DNA of 64,000 nt, from positions 15,190,001 through 15,254,000 of the forward strand of contig JBHGNT010000003.1 of NCBI GenBank assembly GCA_043228905.1. Reading direction: 5' to 3'. Below, piece after piece: positions 25,701-37,800 of this stretch. The position numbers and the translations under genes are program-made. The DNA is from Azolla caroliniana (taxonomy: Eukaryota > Plantae > Polypodiophyta). The number at the start of each line of letters is the position of its first letter. Within the stretch, counting starts at the first letter, position 1. The notes beneath the pieces are model-generated. The model made no database searches. It was not told where the DNA came from and saw only the letters and a program-made list of their open reading frames with translations.

Positions 25701-28700
25701 GCTTCAATGGTGAAATAGACATTGCAAGCCACATCCGACTGTTCCTGAATGTTTGGAATGCTAATCATATGGCGTAGCGGTTTCCAGCAATAGAAGTGCA
25801 CGAATCGAAGAGCGTAGAGTTCGGGTTAACTCTAGATGGTAGAGCGGCGTGTTGGCATTCTCAGATGGACTTGGCAGCAATCACAACCTTCGATCAACTG
25901 CAATAAGCATTTTTGCGGTTTTTTCATCGGAGGGTACCGCAACGTGAGGTCATCGGGCAATTCTACACCATTAAGCAATTGCCAACAAAATCCGTAGCGG
26001 ATTTCTGCCGATAGACGAAGAGACTAAAGAGATGTTTTTGGCAACTTTACGACAACCTATCCGGGCGACGCTTAACACGCATAGTGTGAAAGGGAAAACA
26101 ACGGATATGGTTATGGAACGAGCATTACACCTCGAATTAGAGGAAGAAGATGAGAGACTGCACATGTCATCGTTACAACAGGCATTGCCTCAGTACGAGG
26201 AACATTGATTCCTCCAGGCTATATAGTGCACAATCTGTTTAAATTCAGGGCATTCTGCGGTAGAGTGCAATATGAGAATTCATTGTCCGATATGTCACTC
26301 AAGGGCACACACGGTAGAGCAATGCGAATACATCATGCTTAATAGACCTACACCCGTTGTGCAACGCATAGAACCGCAACGACAACCTCCCAGGAATGAT
26401 AAAGGGTGACAAGAGGAACGGTTCAGATATGCGGAACGGAATCAGCAGGAAGAGCGTTAGTACCGTAATCGCCGTAACAACAAACTCTATTCCGACGAGG
26501 AAGAATAGGAGGATGAAGACTATCGGAATACCAATCGATATAAAAAGGAGGGCCTCATTATGGCAATCGACGTTCGTCCACTAATTGTGGAGGGTTCAAT
26601 GGACCCCGACCAAATGCACACAATAGACAATATAGGGACCAACGTCGCTATGACGAGAGTTCGGAAGATGAGCGGCGTCAGGAGCCACACCAGGAACACC
26701 GACAACCACCACGACATAACATGAAACTTCAGCAAAATCAGGAGGAGCAAGCCATACCTGCAGAGGCAGCAACACCGCCAGGAGGAGAGAGAGGTGAGAC
26801 CAGTGTCCATTGTTTCGCAACTCAGTGTCCACATCGCAAAGGCAAGGAACCCGTTGTAAATACGATCACGACGGAAGTCCAACAGGTGACAACACGTTAA
26901 CAAGAAAAGAACGCGGATTGGGCTATGCAAGATGAGATACGCAAAGCAGCCCAAGCAAGGGTAGAAAAAACAAATGCGGCAAATACGGAGCATATGAGGC
27001 AGGAGTCCAGAAACAACAGTTTGTCGATGGAGGAGAACACATTATCACCGGATCCCATATGGCAAGCACTGGCAAATTGTGAAATAACAATGACCATGGA
27101 GAAGCTCCTCTGACTGGTTCCACGATTCCGGCAAGTCGTGGAGAATTGCATCAAGGGCACACCCGGATTAGATGTCTCAGCAAATTTTGCGGAGACTAGT
27201 GTTGGTCCATCAGTAGTGGATCACCATAATCCAACCATTCAGTTGGTACTACAAGGACAGGAAATCTTGGGATGTATAGTCCATGGAGGATCCGACGTCA
27301 ATATCACTAATACAAAGACGTGCACACAATTGGGAATTTCAGATTGGGAAGCCTACCCTTTTTGGCTCCACATGGTAGATACCCGTTCTGTCAGGCCCTT
27401 AGGGTTGATCCGAAAGTTAGGCATTATCCTTGGTGGCCATCATTTTGACATCTCTTCAGTGGTACTCGCACTGGACGCTCCGAGAGCATCCCCAATATTG
27501 CTCGGTAGACCGTGGCTACATTCGGCGAACATCAAACAGAACTAGCAGCATAACTGTATCAATTTTAGACGGGGATGCAGCAAAGTTCGCGTACCCACTC
27601 AGGAAATGGTGGCACAATGGAAGGGGATAACAACATTATATGCAGAAGACATAAATATGTTGGAAGGAGTAGACGATACAGAGCTGGAGGCATATCTTGA
27701 TGATCACCCATGGATCGTTCCATTGTTCAAAATTGATAAAATAGAAACTGTTGCGGATTACGCCCCCACTAATATGCTTCAGGAAGAGGCATACGAACTG
27801 GACCCAGAAAAAATAATGGAGTTACACAGAGCACGTGCACCATTCGAAAGGGAAATGGAAATCTCACGGAGAGTCACCGCCTCGGCATTGGAAGAAGTCA
27901 ATGTCGGAACGGTGGGAGACCCTTGACTACTCTCGATTGCGAAAGACTTACTTCCAAGTCAGAAGGCGGCGATGTTGGAATTGCTCAAGGAATATAAGGA
28001 TGTTTTTGCATGGTCACACGAGGACATGAAGGGGTTGGAACCAAAGTTTTATCAGCACAAAATCAACTTATCTACCGATGCAAAACCTGTACAGCAGCGT
28101 CGGTATCGAATGAACCCGAATTACGCGGCTCTGAACATTTAGCCCATCTTCGACTCTGTTTGGAACACTGTCGTACTTCACGTCTAGGCTTGAATCCAGC
28201 AAAATGTGCATTCGGTGTTACCAGTGGAGCTCTCCTTGGCCACATCGTAAGCAAGGAAGGGATAGCGGTGGATCCTAAGAAAATTGCAGTGATCATTGAA
28301 GCAAAAACTCCGACTACTTCCAAAATGCTCAGCCATTTTCTAGCACAAATACGTTGGCATAGCCGTATGTTACGGTATTTGGCGGATTTCGCTACCCCAA
28401 TACATGCCGCCATACATCGCCGTCGTATATGGGATGCCAAAACAGAAGGCAGGTATCATCATTGATACCTTTGAGGGGCGCGCAGTAGATTGGGGTGTAA
28501 TCAAGGGACCAACACTATGAGAGGGCATGCACGCGTACCAGGCCGGTAAAAAGCTAAGGCCAATTATACAACAGTACCTTACGATACTGTTTCCGCCTTG
28601 AGGTCTGCCCACACCACAGTCTAGTAATGTATGCCGCTACCATGATCCGCAAAACGATGGTTAGTAGAACTGGCAAACATAGAATGGGAGGAGGAACCAC

Positions 28701-31259
28701 AACCTTCCCATCCCGTAAAGCAAACAACGCAGCCGGAACAACCAGCAAGGGTAGAAGAAGCCACGAATGAGCAACAAACGGAATAGCACCATGAAAGCCT
28801 GAGGCCGAAACAACGTAGATTGGACTGAAAGGATGGTCGTGGACTGGTCAAAGACACAACCAGCCCGATCGACACTTCCGCCCCTACGAAGCCCGTAACT
28901 ACATTAGAGATAATCTAGGAACCACAGCCGATCATTACAGTTCAGTCACAACATGGAATACGAGTGCTCACGGCAGAAAGTGAGGTTCTGAAGTACCCAG
29001 ATATCCCAGATACGGCCCACGAGTTTGGCACAATATTATAGTTTGGAACAACGTACGAACTCATGGAATTTTTAGTGACGCAACATCAAGGTATCCCAGA
29101 GAATGGCAGAGGAGCACGCGAAACAACAAATGATTGAGTGTGCACTCACACAAACAACGGAAAGCGAAGATGAGGGGGCCCTTGCCAAGGTGGGCAGGCA
29201 ACAGAACACGGGGATTCGCCGCATGGGCATTGAATTACCCCCATTGAATACAACCCTCATTGAAATGCATAGGGAATTAGCTAAAGTTAGTATGGGCGCC
29301 AAGGACATGGCGATCAAAAATAAAAATGTCTGGAAAACAGTCAAGCAGACCCAAGCCCAACTACAGAAGGCTGAAGAGCGCATGGCAGAGTTAGAACGCG
29401 GCAAGGCTACGGCACAACAAAACCCTAGACCCACATCTAGTAATGACATGTCAAAGACCTTACGGGAGGAGGTCGAAGCACAGACCACCATTGCCGCAAA
29501 AGCAAAAAGAGCTACACAGATAGTGGAGTACGAGATTGACTGCCTCCACGCGGAACTCCGCCAATCATCAGACAGAGAAACAGATATCCAAGCAAAAGGA
29601 TGAAGGGCGGTGAAAGCACTAGAGGACAAGTTCGAGGCAAAGGCAACAACGCACAACAGTACAAAAGAGGAAAATAGGAAGCTGCATGAGGAAGCCCAAA
29701 AGACGAAAGCGGTGGTGATAGACTCCGGGAGTTATTAGAAGAGAAGAAAGCATGGTACGACGAACAGCTCGTATGGGAACTGGAACTGACGCATCAGGTA
29801 GAAGTCTGCCTGAATAATGAAATGGGCCGGCTAGAAGAACTACACCTGAAGGAATCCCAGATATGGGCGAAGGTAAAAACCCATTATAAGGAAGTGGCTA
29901 CAGCCAACAAGCATAAAATCGAAAACCTCAAGAAAGCTCTGGATGAAGCCCAAAACCGCTCCCAAACGATAGCCGACAATGCATGCATTCTTCTCCAAAT
30001 AAATCGCGAGAGGTTCACGACGCAATTGAAAACGGCATTGGACAAAGGTTGGACGGCGTGGGCAATGCAAGCAGCGGAATTCCATACCTATCGAGCGGAC
30101 TGGGAGAACCGACGAAAAGAAGGCCGAGGCATCTACAAGCTCAATGAGGAAAGCATCAACGACAGTACGAGAGGACCTCACATAGGATTATTGCACGCTA
30201 GCAGACTAGCACTCCGAGGAACTCGTGTAGCTGTTGGAAGATTTTGGGGAAATTCAGGAAGATATTTTTCACCGAAAAATGGAGATCAACAACACATAGC
30301 AAAGGGCGGAGCCAATTGCGATACCGGACAGTGATTTCGCCGAACAAGATGAACCTTAGTCTAATTCGAATGAACCACCAGAGGTGACCACGGCACCTAT
30401 CAACGCTACGGAAGATACAGATAAGGAAGGACCTCGTACACAGACGAAAGAGCCAACACCAAACCAACGAGGAATGAGCCGAATTGCGAACCAACTCAGC
30501 TGGTCTTGATCACACAGACAGAAGACGACAACACGGAGACTCGCACACCTACCGAGCACGACGAAGAAGGAAATGCGGAGCTACATAAACCGGTCGAGCA
30601 AAATAACGAAGCACTTATAGATGTCACGCTGTCTCCAGACTACGGCTTACGGATGGAACCAAATATCCTGGACATTTTGAATGATGAATAGAGGGATGGG
30701 TCCGATGAGCCATGGCTCTGTCCCATAGGCGTGCCAAGTGTTGTCCGCCGGAATTGTAACCGCCGAACATGGCACGTAAAATATATTAGACGCGTTAGGA
30801 AATGTATGTAACGGTTCACGCGAGGAGCGTGACTGACTAAAAGCATTGTGTATATATAAAGGGCAGAAATCCTCTGTAAGAGGGAGCCTGTAATTTTTGG
30901 GATTGAAGATTTTGTAATAGAATCCTATCTTCTCTGATCTCCTTGTTTGTCTGTGTAAGTAGTCTACTATCTTGGCACTGCATTCTAATTCGTAACTGTG
31001 GGTTGTAAGCATAGGGTAAGTGCGAACTAGACGATAGGTTTGCTTAGTATCCTGTTACGACTCACGCCCAACACGGACCTGTTCCTTGTAAACGCAATCA
31101 CTTTGAAGCCTACCTCAAAGGACTGAGCATAGACACTATTCCTAATTGGTAACAATTGTCTCAATCCCAAGGATTAAAAGTAATCCTCCCCTTCTTTACA
31201 CTCTCATTTAACCCTCACACTTATCCACATGTATAGAATACTACGGTAAATTCTCAACA
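22790..31259 (-). mobile_element. LTR element 5' portion (LTR ~31259-31160 plus 24960-24635, Met PBS, long AT-rich leader), split by the Gypsy at 24961
   Basis: Minus-strand PBS TGGTATCCGAGC at 24632-24621 lies next to the LTR end (TGTCA at 24635). The other terminus is probably CAACA at ~31259. No recognisable coding domain. Confidence 0.6.
24961..31154 (+). mobile_element. Two-LTR, internally deleted Ty3/Gypsy element with 3' accessory ORF
   Basis: LTRs 24961-25387 and 30739-31154 with TSD gttgt/attgt; PBS TGGCACGCCTGGTG at 25392-25405. Gag and PR remnants are present, the RT core is deleted near 28128 and RH-INT near 28420. The coiled-coil ORF runs to 30691. Confidence 0.92.
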
Positions 31260-31269
31260 CGGGATATTA

Positions 31270-34200
31270 TATGGTCATGCCTGTAACATAAGTTGTATTT
31301 CGGGCGGAAGCCAAGCTTGAGGCACCTTAGTATATTTGGTAGCATAGCCTTTGTGCATGTGCCGGATGAGAAGCGGAGAAAGCTAGATCCGAAGTCGGAG
31401 AAGTGCATCCTTGTCGGCTACTCACATGAGCAAAAGGGTTATAAGTGTTATAACCTCTGAACAAAACAATTTCGAGTGAGCCGAGATGTCGAATTTGATG
31501 AATCGGCATCATGGTACTCTCTATCGGCTCCGATGTTCGACTTCGACCCGATTCCGGAGAATGAGGCTAGTGAGCCCGAAACGATTCAGGCAGAAGATGA
31601 AGAAGAGTTTTGTACTCTAGATCAGAGTTTGATCTCATTCCGGCCAAGTGGGTCGAATGAGCGACTTAGTCGGCGAGTAGTGGAGACTCGGTCGTGCTTT
31701 CCTCGTGCAAAGAATCGAGGAGACGGTTCACACGCAAAGAGAAAGGGAAGAAAAAGATGTTGGAATAGAACATCGACAATGAAGAGCCAGATCAGAGCGA
31801 CTCTGACTCTGGAAAGAACGAAGACGGACCTTTGAAAACAACGTTTGAACTACCTAAGAAGGTTCTCAAACCGGAGAACGAGAAGTTACATTGATCAACC
31901 CACCAAAGGAACCCCGTAAAGAGGTACGGATACAATGAGTACATGGCGCATCACTATGCGTACATGACCAAAGTGGCGGAAGTGTGTGAGCCGGAGAACT
32001 ACGCAAAAGCGGCAAAGGTCGCAAGTTGGCATGCCACTGTGGAGGAAGAAATGCGAGCACTTGATGCCAACAACACTTGGGACCTGGTTGACCCTCCCCG
32101 ACTATGTAAACCGATCGTTTGCAAGGGGGTATACAAGGTAAAGTACAACGTTGACGGTTTGGTCAACCGGTACAAAGAACGGTTAGTGGCAAAGGGATAC
32201 ACACAGACCCACAGAATCTACTATGAAGAGACCTTCACTTTGGTAGCGAAGATGAACATGGTTCATGTGGTACTAGCGATTGTTGCGGCAAGAGGGTGGC
32301 ATCTTCACCAAATGGATGTGAAGAATGCATTTCTTCAAGGTGGTATGGAAGAACAGGTCTATAAGATCCAATCCCCTAGTTTCCAATCAGAGATGAACTA
32401 GTCGGTAGTATGCCGACTCAAGAAGTCGCTTTATGGTCTTAACCAAGCCCCCTGAGCTTGGAATGCAAAAATTACGCACCAATTGCGTAAGATGGGGTTT
32501 GCAGCCTCAAAATCCGACTCTTTAATGTTCATCCGGAAAGGGCCCGACGATCTGGTATGTATCCTGCTATATGTAGATGATCTAGTGATCACCGGACCCG
32601 GACTCGAAGAAATCAGCCATGTGAAGTCCCAATTGCTGAACGCATTTCAAATGAAGGACCTGGGGGAACTTCATTATTATCTTGGGATCGAGGTGATCTG
32701 GACTCCCGAAGGCATATTTCTCTCACTATGTGTGGAATATGTTGTACAAGTTCGGCATGACTAACTGCCGACCAATCTCCACACCCCTGGACCAGAACCT
32801 GAAGCTATGTCCCAACTCCGAACCGGCCTGCAACCAGAAATGATTCCGAAAAATTGTCGGAAGCCTTATCTACTTAACAATCACCCGACCCGACATCAGT
32901 TATACGGTTGGACTGATTAGCCAATTCATGCAGAAACCGACCGTGGAGCACCTTCAGTGCGCACCCCGGATACTTCGATATATTAGTGGCACTAAGGATA
33001 AGGGGTTGTTATACCCACGCGGTATAGCTTGGAAGCTAGTCTGATATACAAATGTCGATTGGGCTGGTGATGCATCGGATTGCCGATCCACCTCCGGATA
33101 TATGTTGTCTCTTGGTAGTGCAGCTGTTGTGTGGAGCATCAAAAATCAGCCAGTAGTGACTCTATCGAGCACTGAGGCTGAATATCGAGGGGCTACCATT
33201 GCCACATGTGAAGCCATCTGGCTTCGGCGACTGGTGCAAGACCTCCGGATCGAGATGCCAACCCCGATCATGATCTATTGCGACAACATAAGCATGATAC
33301 AAATCGCTAAGAATCCAGTATTCCATGCTCGGACAAAGCACATAGAAATGCATTATCACTTTGTCCGTGAGCGGGACTTGAGCGGTGAAGTTGAATTTTG
33401 ATATGTTCACATAGATCGGCAGGTTCCTGACATCTTCACCAAGCCTCTGAGATCGGCCAAGTTGCAACACTTTTCGAAGATGTTGAGCATTCCGCGTCTC
33501 GACGTGCCGCACTTGAGGGGGAGAACGGAAACAGATAATGGCACTGGACAAGGAGCCAGAGAGAAAGAGAGAACCAAGATAGGGGAAGATAAGAAGAACA
33601 AGAAAGTCAAGGAACAAGTCCGAACAAGCGGCGGCAACGGCAGAGTCAAAAAGGACAGAGTCGACTGGAAGGAGAAAGCCAAGTCCCGGACATGGTCCGA
33701 TGTTGTTAAAGGGCTTGAAACGGGAGACGAGTTGGAGACTACAACCTCAGACAAGAGCTAGAACAAATCGGAGGCAGCCGATTCGGTTCAACAATTTGAT
33801 TCAGATGATCCGGGTCTACTAAAGGCCAAGCGGACAAGAAGGCAACAGAAGTCGATACCGATATGGAGGAAACGACGGGTTGACATGCGCCAGAGTTGCA
33901 ACAACGAGGAAGCTGAGAAGGGCCTGTTGAGTAGACATGTCGACCAAGAAGGTCGAGGAGTGCAGAATCAGACGGGTCGTAGAAGGAAGAACTAAACCGG
34001 AGGAGGAGCGTGAGCGAGGCAGGAGGATGCAGGAAGGGGTCGAACGGAAGAACCAGCTACCACAGATACTGAAACCACGATCGGACCTCAAGTTGAGCTT
34101 GAGGGGGAGTCTTGAGTGAGCATGCTCAACTAGAATAAGCCAGAGCCAAATCGGTATCCAGAATGGAGAACCGGATCGGTGTCCGGATGGTATCTAGAAC

Positions 34201-34434
34201 TAGGAGCTGGATCGGAGAGCCAGATCGGATTGTAATCTGTAGGCCGTTAGAGGCCTACGAATCTAGCCTAATACGTAGGCATATTTTTGGGAGTCAGTAT
34301 CAGTCGCTCATATGAGCATTGAAGTACTTGTCAGTACTTCTGTCAGTCCTTAAATGGACTTGTATAAAAGTGCTCTCTGAGCACATTCTATGTACAAAGT
34401 GCTATTATTTGGTGTGTCTGTGTTCTGCTGTTAT
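31270..34434 (+). mobile_element. Ty1/Copia 3' half (INT C-terminus, RT, RH, extra 3' segment, LTR from ~34110 truncated by insertion)
   Basis: KRRKLDPKSEKCILVGY, SRDVEFDES, RYKERLVAKGY, QMDVKNAFL, LYVDDLVITG and HARTKHIE motifs. PPT gagggggag at ~34101; LTR similar to 5087-5504. Confidence 0.92.
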
Positions 34435-34889
34435 TGTCACAGACACACCAAGCACAAACTCGGACAGAGAATGGATGATGGGGCTATGAACTAAACGTGA
34501 TGAGGCTAGAAACTCAAGCAGTGGGGGAGCGATGATCTGAGGAACTCAAGACACTAGAAACGGCACAAGAGAATGAAGACAAAGATGAAGATCAAGGAGA
34601 CAAGATGGGGCGAAACGAGAATCCTATATTGATGTGTCAATGACTGGTGTTGAATCCCTTGAAAGGGACCAAGGAGGTTACAAGTATTTATACAATGAGT
34701 CGAAGTACATGCATTAGAATATTCAGGAGAATGTTCTAGAACCCTCTAGAACATTCTAGCTCTAAAAATTTCTAAAAACTAGAAATATATAATCTACTAA
34801 TAATCTATTAAGATATATATAGCATGACCATATATGTGGATGTGTTGGTTAGAACACAACACTTGACTATATATAAGAGGTCAAGAGTT

Positions 34890-37800
34890 TGTTGGGAATC
34901 GACGCTTCGATTCACCTTCACCACTCGGCCACAACCGAGTAATCGCCAATCAATGCAGCAGAAAATAGGAACCAAAGAGAGAAACACACGAATACACAGG
35001 GATTAACGTGGAAAACCCTAGATGGGAAAAACCACGGGAGTACAAGACTCCAAACCAACACTATACAAAGAGAAGTATACAATGGCGAGCTGCAAGGCGA
35101 CGACCTTGAGCTCGCTGTCCTCGCCACAGACGGCGGAAATACACAGAGGCGTCGTCCTCTTCCTCTCTCGCGCTCTATCTCTCTCTCTCTCTCTCTCTCA
35201 CGGCTGCTCCCTCTTCACTCCTCTTGAGTGGAAAAACAGAAAAATGATCAGCAACACTAAAACTATTTGCCCTAAGTCATATTTATACATATATGACTTT
35301 GGGGCTATTTACAACCATAGCCTCAGGGGCCCTTAGCAGACATATTCACGGATATGTCCCTGCATCCGGATCTCTCTCTGGGTACATTCGTCATCCGGCT
35401 CCGAAGTCGGGGTCTTCATCATCCGGTTCCGAAACCGAAACCGGGCTTGTCGGCATTCATCTCCGACATCCGACCATCCCATCCGAAGGGACCGTAATCC
35501 CAACAAACTCCCCCTTCACTTCGGCATGGGATGTCTCTCCAATCCGATCCTCTTCCGGCATGCTTCCAGCTTGTCGGGTGTGAGCACCTTGGTCAGCATA
35601 TCCGACCCGTTCTCGTCTGTGTGGATCTTCGTCAGCACGAACTCCTTGTCTTCTATCCTTTCCCGGATCCAGTGATATCTTCGCTGGATGTGCTTCGTCC
35701 GGGAGTGATAGGCCGCGTTCTTCGCAAGGTGGATTGCACTCTGACTGTCGCAGTAGAGTCGGTACTCCTCCTGCCGGATACCGAGCTCTCTAATGAAGTC
35801 CTTCATCCATATTATTTCCTTGCCGGCTTCAACAGCCGCCATGTACTCCGCCTCCGTGGTTGACAACGCAACCGTCTTCTGCAGCCTCGACTGCCATGAA
35901 ACAGCTCCCCCTGCATACGTCATCACATACCCTGATGTGGACCGGCTGGTATCTGCATCAGCCGACATATCCGAATCGGTGAAGCCGTTGAGTTCGGGCT
36001 TACCCGAGCCGAATCGGAGGCACACGTTTGCCGTGCCCTTCAGGTATCGGAGTATCCACTTGACTGCGTTCCAATGCTCTTTGCCGGGATTGCTCATGTA
36101 CCGGCTCACCACTCCGACTGCATATCCTATGTCCGGTCTCGTACACACCATGGCGTACATCAAGCTCCCGACGGCTGAGGCATACGACACTTTCATCATA
36201 TCCTCCTTTTCAGCCTTTGTCTTGGGACTTTGCTTGCTGGACAGCTTGCAGTTTGCCGGGAGGGTCGATCCGACCGGTCTTGCTTCCGACATGTTGAACC
36301 GGTGAAGCACCTTCGTCACGTACTTCTCCTGTGACAGCCACAACTGCTTCTTCTTCCGGTCCCGGATGATGTGCATCCCTAGTATTTGCCTCGCCGGACC
36401 CAGGTCCTTCATTGAGAAGGTTCGGTGAAGAGCCTTCTTCAGCATCCGTATCTTGACCTGGTCCCGTCCGACGATCAGCATGTCGTCTACGTACAGGAGG
36501 AGTATTAGAAAGTCTCCTCCTTCGAACTTCTTCACAAACACGCAGTGGTCGGACTGCGTTTTGAGGTACCCTTCGTCGGTCATGAAGGAGTCGAACTTCC
36601 GGTACCATTGCCGGGGAGCCTACTTCAGTCCGTAAAGGCTCTTCTTCAACCGGCATACCAGGTGCTCCTTCCCTTTCTTCTCGAATCCTTCCGTTTGCTG
36701 CATGTAGATCTCTTCTTCGAGGTCACCGTGAAGGAATGCCGTCTTCACGTCCATCTGTTCTACCTCGAGGTCCATGCTTGCCGCTATGCTCAGCACCGTC
36801 CGGATGGAGGTCATCTTCTCTACCGGGGCAAATATCTCGTCGAAGTCGACGCCCTTCTTCTGCTGAAACCCCTTCACCACGATCCTGGCTTTGTATCTCG
36901 GGGGGTTTCCGGCATCTCCCGGTTTCAGCTTGAACACCCACTTGTTTCGAAGTGCCCGCTTTCCTTTCGGCAACTCCACAAGTTTATATGTGTGGTTCTC
37001 ATGCAGGGAATCCATCTCGTCCTGCATGGCACTCAACCACCTGCGGCTCTGGGTGTCATGCTTTGCTTCTTCAAAGCTCTCCGGCTCCCCTTCGTCGGTT
37101 AGCAGCACATGCTCTGGTTCCGGAAATCTCCGGGGGGCCCTTCTCTCTCTTAGAGGATATCTCCGTTCGGGAGCTTCGGTAACCGGTTCTTCCGATTCTT
37201 CTTCTTCATCCGAATCCATTTCGGGATCGGGGCCGGTTCCGGTATCGTTTTCATCTTCTTCGGCCGGTTCTGTTTCTTCACCGTCTTCGGCCGGATCCTC
37301 GAGTGCTAACCGGTCCCTTGCCGGTCGGGACTGCTTCTCGTAGAGTTGATCCTCACCGGTCGACTTGGAGCTCTTCATCTTCTTCTCCGACTCCCAGTCG
37401 GCGAGTGTCTTGTCCTCCATGAAGATGATGTCTCGACTCCTGAATATCTTCTTGTCGACCGGGTCCCATACTCGGTAGCCGAACTCATCGTCGCCGTAAC
37501 CGAGGAATATGCATGGCCGGGTCTTTGGATCTAGCTTTCCTCTCCGGTCCTTTGCCACATGCACGTATGCGAGACACCCGAACACCTTCAGATGCCGGTA
37601 GGATACTTCCCTACCGGTCCACACTCTCTGCGGCGTGTCTCCGTCCAAAGGTACTGAGGGTGATCTGTTTATCACGTATGTCGCCGTCGACATTGCCTCA
37701 GCCCAAAACCCCTTGGGTAATTTCGCATGCGCCAGCATACTCCGGACCCTCTCCATTATGGTCCGGTTCATCCTCTCGGCCAGCCCGTTCAGTTCCGGCG

